NCBI GenBank assembly: GCA_964630095.1
Contig: CAZVSZ010000001.1
Span: 2,982-26,981 of the forward strand
Length of the DNA: 24,000 nt
Source of the DNA: an uncultured Thermoplasmata archaeon
GTDB lineage: Archaea > Thermoplasmatota > Thermoplasmata > Thermoplasmatales > Aciduliprofundaceae
Reading direction: 5' to 3'
Made by a program: the position numbers and the translations under genes
Notes under the pieces: generated by a model
Told to the model about the DNA's origin: nothing
What the model saw: the letters and a program-made list of their open reading frames with translations, nothing else
The model's database searches: none
Part shown: positions 19,758 through 24,000 of the stretch, in pieces
How the letters are laid out: every line of letters starts with the position of its first letter
Position numbering within the stretch: position 1 is the stretch's first letter

Positions 19758-20822
19758 TCACAAAAATCCATAAACTTCATTTCCATAATCATCCACAATC
19801 TTAATTCTATAACCGAAATTCATGGCCCATACCTCGTTCCCCGAAACATATATTTTCCCATAGATATCCAAGTTTTTCACCTTTTCCTCAAGCGTTATTT
19901 CCCTCACATAACTTCCATCTCTGAATATCAGAATCTGATTTCCGTTGTTAAGTATTATCATATAATCTTTACCATTCTCAAAATCCGATGAAATTTTTGT
20001 GGCATTGGTGATGTATGGGGATGTGATTTGATACAGATAAGCTCCCGTGTAATTGAATACCTTTACTGCGTTGCCATCCAAGACATACACATTCCTTCCC
20101 ACGGCTACATCCTTTCCATTATTCATGGATTGCGATGCAACAATATTCCCGGAAAATGTGTATATTACAAATGCACTTTTATTCACAGCATATACATAAT
20201 TGTAATTTGCATCCATGGCAATGAAATCATTATTTCCTACAATACTTCCAATTTTAGTTCCATTAAGTGTGTACTCAATTATACCCGTAGCATTTAGAAC
20301 AAATACTCTAGAGGAAACACTGCAATCAACTCCATCATTTATGTTAGAATACCAAGAAAGCGGGCCCTCATAGGCGTAAGAGTAAATCCCATCTGAATTG
20401 AGGATATATATCTTATCCTGTTCAGCGGTGGCAATCGCATCCATTCCCACTTTAAACTGTATACCATTATTCCCACCAATTTCGTAAGTTGTGTTTATAA
20501 AAAATTTTTTGAATTCACCTGGATACCAGTAATCCCCCGAGGTATTGAACCCTCGCATTGTTCCATTAACCATTATACTTACCTTGCTCAAATCTATGGT
20601 ATTTGGCCCCTCATTTTCAGCATAAATTTCAATTCTTGTTGTGTTGTAAACTATCCTTGTGATTGATATGCTATTTTTCTGATGATTCATTATATTTATT
20701 CTGTTTCTGAAACCATTCTGAGATTCATCATAACTGTAAATAACGCTATTGAGCAGAATACCCATCATGAATACGGATGCTGTGAATAACACACCATATG
20801 CTGCAATAGTGCTCAATCCCAT
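19758..20822 (-). CDS. flaF: FlaF (ArlF)-like protein fused to a ~230-aa C-terminal six-repeat beta-propeller-like domain
   Basis: The N-terminal ~125 aa are FlaF-like (TM helix MGLSTIAAYGVLFTASVFMMGILL; IEIYAENEGPNTIDLSKVSIMVNG). The remainder consists of six ~38-aa repeats with an NHL/YVTN-like pattern (KIYILNSDGIYSYAYEG, RVFVLNATGIIEYTLNG, YVYAVNKSAFVIYTFSG, NVYVLDGNAVKVFNYTG, YMIILNNGNQILIFRDG, KIYVSGNEVWAMNFGY). It starts 1 nt after the archaellin-216 stop. Confidence 0.65.
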   Translation of the reverse strand: MGLSTIAAYGVLFTASVFMMGILLNSVIYSYDESQNGFRNRINIMNHQKNSISITRIVYNTTRIEIYAENEGPNTIDLSKVSIMVNGTMRGFNTSGDYWYPGEFKKFFINTTYEIGGNNGIQFKVGMDAIATAEQDKIYILNSDGIYSYAYEGPLSWYSNINDGVDCSVSSRVFVLNATGIIEYTLNGTKIGSIVGNNDFIAMDANYNYVYAVNKSAFVIYTFSGNIVASQSMNNGKDVAVGRNVYVLDGNAVKVFNYTGAYLYQITSPYITNATKISSDFENGKDYMIILNNGNQILIFRDGSYVREITLEEKVKNLDIYGKIYVSGNEVWAMNFGYRIKIVDDYGNEVYGFL

Positions 20823-20823
20823 T

Positions 20824-21474
20824 TTAACTCATCTCCACATACCTCGTTGTGTAGGGAGATGGAGTCATAAGATTCTCAAGGGTAGGTACACCATGCTTTG
20901 GAATAATTTTCAGCAACAAATAACTCTGGGGAACGAGATTCAATCCGCATGCAGTGGCATTGAAAAAGAACTCCACAATATCCCCCTGCGTGATTGTTTT
21001 CTCATTCCATGTGAGCGGGCTCATGTCCCTGATTATCTTGGCTCCAAACTGTCCATTTCCGAGATGGGGATGACTCACACTTGGATCATATGTGGCTGTA
21101 GAATTAAAAACCAGATTCGTGGATATATTGCCATCATTCACTTCAATAATAATATCATTCACATTTATTGCCGGACTGCCTGCTATTGGCGAGACCTCCA
21201 CTGTTATCCAGTCAATTTTATTTCTATACGGTTCTCTAATTCCCCATGTGGTGTTGTATCTATAGCCACCAAGGGAAATTATCTTTAATCCCATAGACAC
21301 ATCTTGGATAGCTGAATTGCTTGTGCTCTCGGCCTGCTGCTGTAGACGATAGGATAACTGAATCAACACTTCGGCAGTTACTGCTGCCACAACAATCATT
21401 GCAATGAAAATTATCAGCGAACCTATGCCGAATTCTCCCTTATCTTTTTTTATTGTATTCATCCTATTCATCAC
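20824..21474 (-). CDS. flaB: archaellin (FlaB/ArlB), first gene of the flaB-F-G-H-I-J operon
   Basis: KDKG/EFGIGSLIIFIAMIVVAAVTAEVLIQLSYRLQQQA and the archaellin core ([43 protein letters not shown]). The track start is a GTG at 21474. The ATG at 21471 or at 21462 (GGTGAT 7 nt upstream) is the more likely true start. Confidence 0.9.
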   Translation of the reverse strand: MMNRMNTIKKDKGEFGIGSLIIFIAMIVVAAVTAEVLIQLSYRLQQQAESTSNSAIQDVSMGLKIISLGGYRYNTTWGIREPYRNKIDWITVEVSPIAGSPAINVNDIIIEVNDGNISTNLVFNSTATYDPSVSHPHLGNGQFGAKIIRDMSPLTWNEKTITQGDIVEFFFNATACGLNLVPQSYLLLKIIPKHGVPTLENLMTPSPYTTRYVEMS

Positions 21475-21509
21475 CTCTGATTATCACCTCCTGGAGAGGT
21501 TATTGGGAA

Positions 21510-21530
21510 GGAGAGCCACTATGGCTCTCC
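21510..21530 (-). promoter_or_regulatory. 9-bp/3-nt-loop hairpin or palindromic operator GGAGAGCCA-N3-TGGCTCTCC in the archaellin-216 leader
   Basis: Read directly (ggagagccactatggctctcc). Same core as 11394-11412. Confidence 0.6.
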
Positions 21531-21535
21531 TGAGA

Positions 21536-21579
21536 GAGGCCCGAGGTTTTAGTTATCACCTGCGGGTATACGGGACCTC
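21536..21579 (-). promoter_or_regulatory. second, imperfect leader stem (GAGGCCCG ... CGGGaCCTC, 8 bp with one bulge, 27-nt loop)
   Basis: Read directly. The loop contains a GGTGATAA Shine-Dalgarno-like sequence on the RNA strand. Confidence 0.35.
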
Positions 21580-21604
21580 CCTCAAAAATAAAAATGAATA
21601 CCAC

Positions 21605-21635
21605 TTTTAAAAATTTTTTCTTTGAGATTTATAAA
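21605..21635 (-). promoter_or_regulatory. candidate promoter region (ATTTTTAAAA and TTTATAAA boxes) for archaellin-216/flaF-J
   Basis: These are the only strong A/T octamers within 170 nt upstream of the start. Either one implies an unusually long (~110-135 nt) leader. Confidence 0.3.
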
Positions 21636-21872
21636 TTGTTAAACAAAAAAGATTATTCTCTCTGATTTTAAATATTGAAAATCAAAAGAATAAAACAGAA
21701 ATTTTTAAGATTTTATCATTTCCTAGAATATCTGACTCTACTGATTTAGTTCAATCTGTTTCTTGAGATTTTCATCGTATATCTTTATCCATGTTTTCTT
21801 TATTTTCCCCATAAAATCATATAATTTTCTAAGTGTATTTAAATGATTTCAAGTGAAAATCTTGAGATATAA

Positions 21873-22241
21873 TCATCTGTGATAATGTCTCTTGAGAAAT
21901 TTGGGGAAAGATATAAATCTCGGTTTATAATGCACCCTCTTTATTGCACCTAACCCTGCTGCTTGGATATTTTCCCTCTCCGGAACTATGCTCTCACCAG
22001 AGAGCATATCAATGCTCTTCTTTCTCTTCCCATCTATTTTTCCCTTCTTGTATGCCTTTTTTATTTCTTCAACAATTTTTAATCTCTTTGCCTCTTCAAT
22101 TATCTTTTCCATCTCCTTTTTTACCCATCCAACAGATTCATAGTGTTTGTAGTAACCCACCTCAAATCCCAGTTTATATGCTCTTTCCACAAGCGTTTTT
22201 CTTTCTACCTTCTGTGGTTTTTTTCTGAACATATTTTTCAC
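21873..22241 (-). CDS. hypothetical small, very basic Lys/Arg-rich protein, no TM segment
   Basis: 122-aa ORF starting 1 nt after the giant archaellin stop, so probably co-transcribed. Helical, charged (KKEMEKIIEEAKRLKIVEEIKKAYKKGKIDGKRKK). I recognise no family. Confidence 0.5.
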   Translation of the reverse strand: MKNMFRKKPQKVERKTLVERAYKLGFEVGYYKHYESVGWVKKEMEKIIEEAKRLKIVEEIKKAYKKGKIDGKRKKSIDMLSGESIVPERENIQAAGLGAIKRVHYKPRFISFPKFLKRHYHR

Positions 22242-22242
22242 C

Positions 22243-23859
22243 TCAGTATATCTCTACATACCTATTTAACATTATTGACGGTATATTTATGATTTTGTAT
22301 ATGGGTACCCCACTCCTCGGTAAGATTTTCATTACCAACTTTGTTTGAGGTGTCAATGTTAATCCAATTGCCCTCGCATTTATATACATTTTTATAATGG
22401 TACCCTCGTCAAGAATATAACTTTCCATGAATTCCCCCGTAGGGTCATTTATAACCTCCACACCGTAATGGGTTGAATCTGCCGCTTTTATCCCAAAACC
22501 ACTGGAATTAAGTTTCAGAGATGCATCTATCTTTCCATCCGTGAGCTCCACAATTACCGTATTGAAATCTATGGGCTGAGAGCCAGGACCCAGTGAGAGT
22601 TTAATCTGTAGAATCTGTATGGAAGACTGGGGAACAACTGGCTCACCGTACAAACTTGCATTGTTCACTGGGATCACTGCATAGTAATACATCTGATATG
22701 GCATGTAATGATAATCATCAAAACTCGTATTTGTGGTGAACCCGTACGGTTTTCTGTTGAACATTTCAGGAGTGGCAAGATTTATATAATTCAAACTCCT
22801 GTAAATATAATATCCCTTAATCCCGCTTTCATTATCAACCACTTTCTTCCATTCAAGATGAAGAGAATACTGCTCCGTTATGCCTGTAAGGCCCACAACA
22901 CTGGAGGGAGGTGTTGTATCCACAGTTTCAACACTTATATGGTCCGAAGAAGAGGAATAAATAGCAGAATTGCCGGCCCTGTCATATCCAACCACTGCAT
23001 AGTACCATATTCCCGGTTTTGAAGGGTAATCTATATAGTTTCTCACATTGCCATTCACAGTAGCTATCAGTGTTGAAGAGTTTATATTAGAGGATGTTAT
23101 GGTCTCATTTGAACGGTAAATTTTTTGATATGCGATACCACTTCCAGAATCATCTGCTGTCCAGGAAATCATCACCCCATAACCTGCCGTATCTATACTA
23201 TTCACATTACCGCTTGGTGGGGTTGTATCGGGAGTACCTGTGCCCGTGGATACCGTCTGATTTACAGCCATATAAAGTGCGGGATTTCCAGCAAAATCAT
23301 ATCCTATAATTGCGTAACCGTATATCTTATTGGACTCAACAGTGTAATCAATAAATTCACGATGATCAGTGAAATTGGAGGTTTGTATGGCAATCAATTT
23401 CCCTGTGGATTTTACAAAGTTCATATCCTGCAACACATAGGATAGAGAGGTATAATCCCCCTCCACCCTGTAAATTTCCTCCTTTGCCATCCCTGTTCCA
23501 GTATCCACCGCAGAGTTCCAAACTATTTTCACCGAGAGGGGGTTGGCACTGTTCACAGTAACATTCAAAATCAGGCCATTTTGGGGAGGGTCCCTATCTA
23601 TCTGTATGGGTGCCTTTACCCCAATCACAGATGGGTCCTTTCCGTCAATATCCCTATCACCTAAGATATTGAGTATGTTTATTGAACTCGTTATCTGGCT
23701 CACTGCATCTGAAGCAACCTTTTCTCCCTGCTCTCTCAGGGTTATACCCACATATATGATTAGGGATGATGCAATTGCTGCCACGATTATAATAGCAATG
23801 AAGAGTATCAGCGTTGCTATTCCAATATCTCCTTTTTCCTTCCCATATACTTTTTTCAT
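22243..23859 (-). CDS. giant archaellin-family protein with three FN3-like modules inserted between the N-terminal helix and the C-terminal archaellin core
   Basis: Class III signal and helix MKKVYGKEKG/DIGIATLILFIAIIIVAAIASSLIIYV. The C-terminal core is collinear with the other archaellins (IKLSLGPGSQPIDFNTVIVELTDG..., LTLTPQTKLVMKILPRSGVPI). aa ~88-412 form three modules, each with a PP-containing linker (DRDPPQ, DTTPPSG, DTTPPSS), a W strand (VKIVWNSAVDTGTG, VMISWTADDSGSG, LHLEWKKVVDNESG), Y-x-(I/V)-YR, and a Y-x-V-x-x-x-D-x-AGN-type last strand. Confidence 0.8.
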   Translation of the reverse strand: MKKVYGKEKGDIGIATLILFIAIIIVAAIASSLIIYVGITLREQGEKVASDAVSQITSSINILNILGDRDIDGKDPSVIGVKAPIQIDRDPPQNGLILNVTVNSANPLSVKIVWNSAVDTGTGMAKEEIYRVEGDYTSLSYVLQDMNFVKSTGKLIAIQTSNFTDHREFIDYTVESNKIYGYAIIGYDFAGNPALYMAVNQTVSTGTGTPDTTPPSGNVNSIDTAGYGVMISWTADDSGSGIAYQKIYRSNETITSSNINSSTLIATVNGNVRNYIDYPSKPGIWYYAVVGYDRAGNSAIYSSSSDHISVETVDTTPPSSVVGLTGITEQYSLHLEWKKVVDNESGIKGYYIYRSLNYINLATPEMFNRKPYGFTTNTSFDDYHYMPYQMYYYAVIPVNNASLYGEPVVPQSSIQILQIKLSLGPGSQPIDFNTVIVELTDGKIDASLKLNSSGFGIKAADSTHYGVEVINDPTGEFMESYILDEGTIIKMYINARAIGLTLTPQTKLVMKILPRSGVPIYKIINIPSIMLNRYVEIY

Positions 23860-24000
23860 AATTCACCACTTTATCTGTGTCTATTTAAATAATTAGATGT
23901 GATTACCAATGCATAAAATCACGGGGGAAACAAAGTTTAATATATCTCCCATTCATAATTACAACCAATGGAAAAACTCATTGCTCAGGCGAAGGTATAT

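Noticed and set aside
21455-21480. C/D-box sRNA-like GUGAUGA ... CUGA pattern at the archaellin starts (also near 11368)
   Set aside because: The GUGAUGA is explained by the GGTGAT Shine-Dalgarno plus the ATG, and the CUGA lies in the conserved GTLII coding sequence. No C'/D' boxes or terminal stem are present.
21475-21872. EarA-type TACATA boxes upstream of the fla promoters (also checked in 9542-9692, 11369-11509, 14757-14918 and 23860-24000)
   Set aside because: I scanned these intergenic regions by eye on both strands and found no TACATA or TATGTA hexamer. If the local wHTH proteins regulate the locus, they must use other sites.

Overview
AT-rich, tightly packed archaeal chromosome segment. 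Gyrase B, archaeal-type Trm1 and MptD, and an archaellum locus point to a euryarchaeote. The Lys/Ile/Glu-rich proteins and AGA/AGG/ATA codon bias suggest a thermophile, possibly Thermoplasmata/DHVE2-like; that placement is a low-confidence guess. Positions 1-8200 carry ordinary housekeeping genes: a partial amidohydrolase, a tubby/LURP-like protein, a phosphohexomutase, gyrB, an aconitase-family large subunit, trm1, a THEP1-type NTPase and mptD. Positions 8324-23859 are one large archaellum (fla/arl) locus, entirely on the minus strand, and it is not canonical. It holds four archaellin paralogues of 204, 216, 288 and 538 aa. The 538-aa one carries three FN3-like modules and the 288-aa one a ~95-aa insertion at the same site. 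FlaF is fused to a six-repeat beta-propeller-like C-terminal domain. FlaG-H-I-J follow it in a tight operon, but the FlaC/D/E-type genes lie downstream of flaJ. Between them sits a ~4.3 kb insert with two divergent paralogous wHTH regulators and a ~956-aa sequon-rich surface protein (propeller, CARDB-like domain, Ig-like repeats, C-terminal TM anchor). The archaellin leaders share palindrome/hairpin elements. I saw no tRNA, rRNA, CRISPR array, transposase or integrase. The best candidate for something undescribed is this domain-expanded, split archaellum system with its embedded regulator and surface-protein module. All functional calls come from reading motifs by eye; no searches were run.
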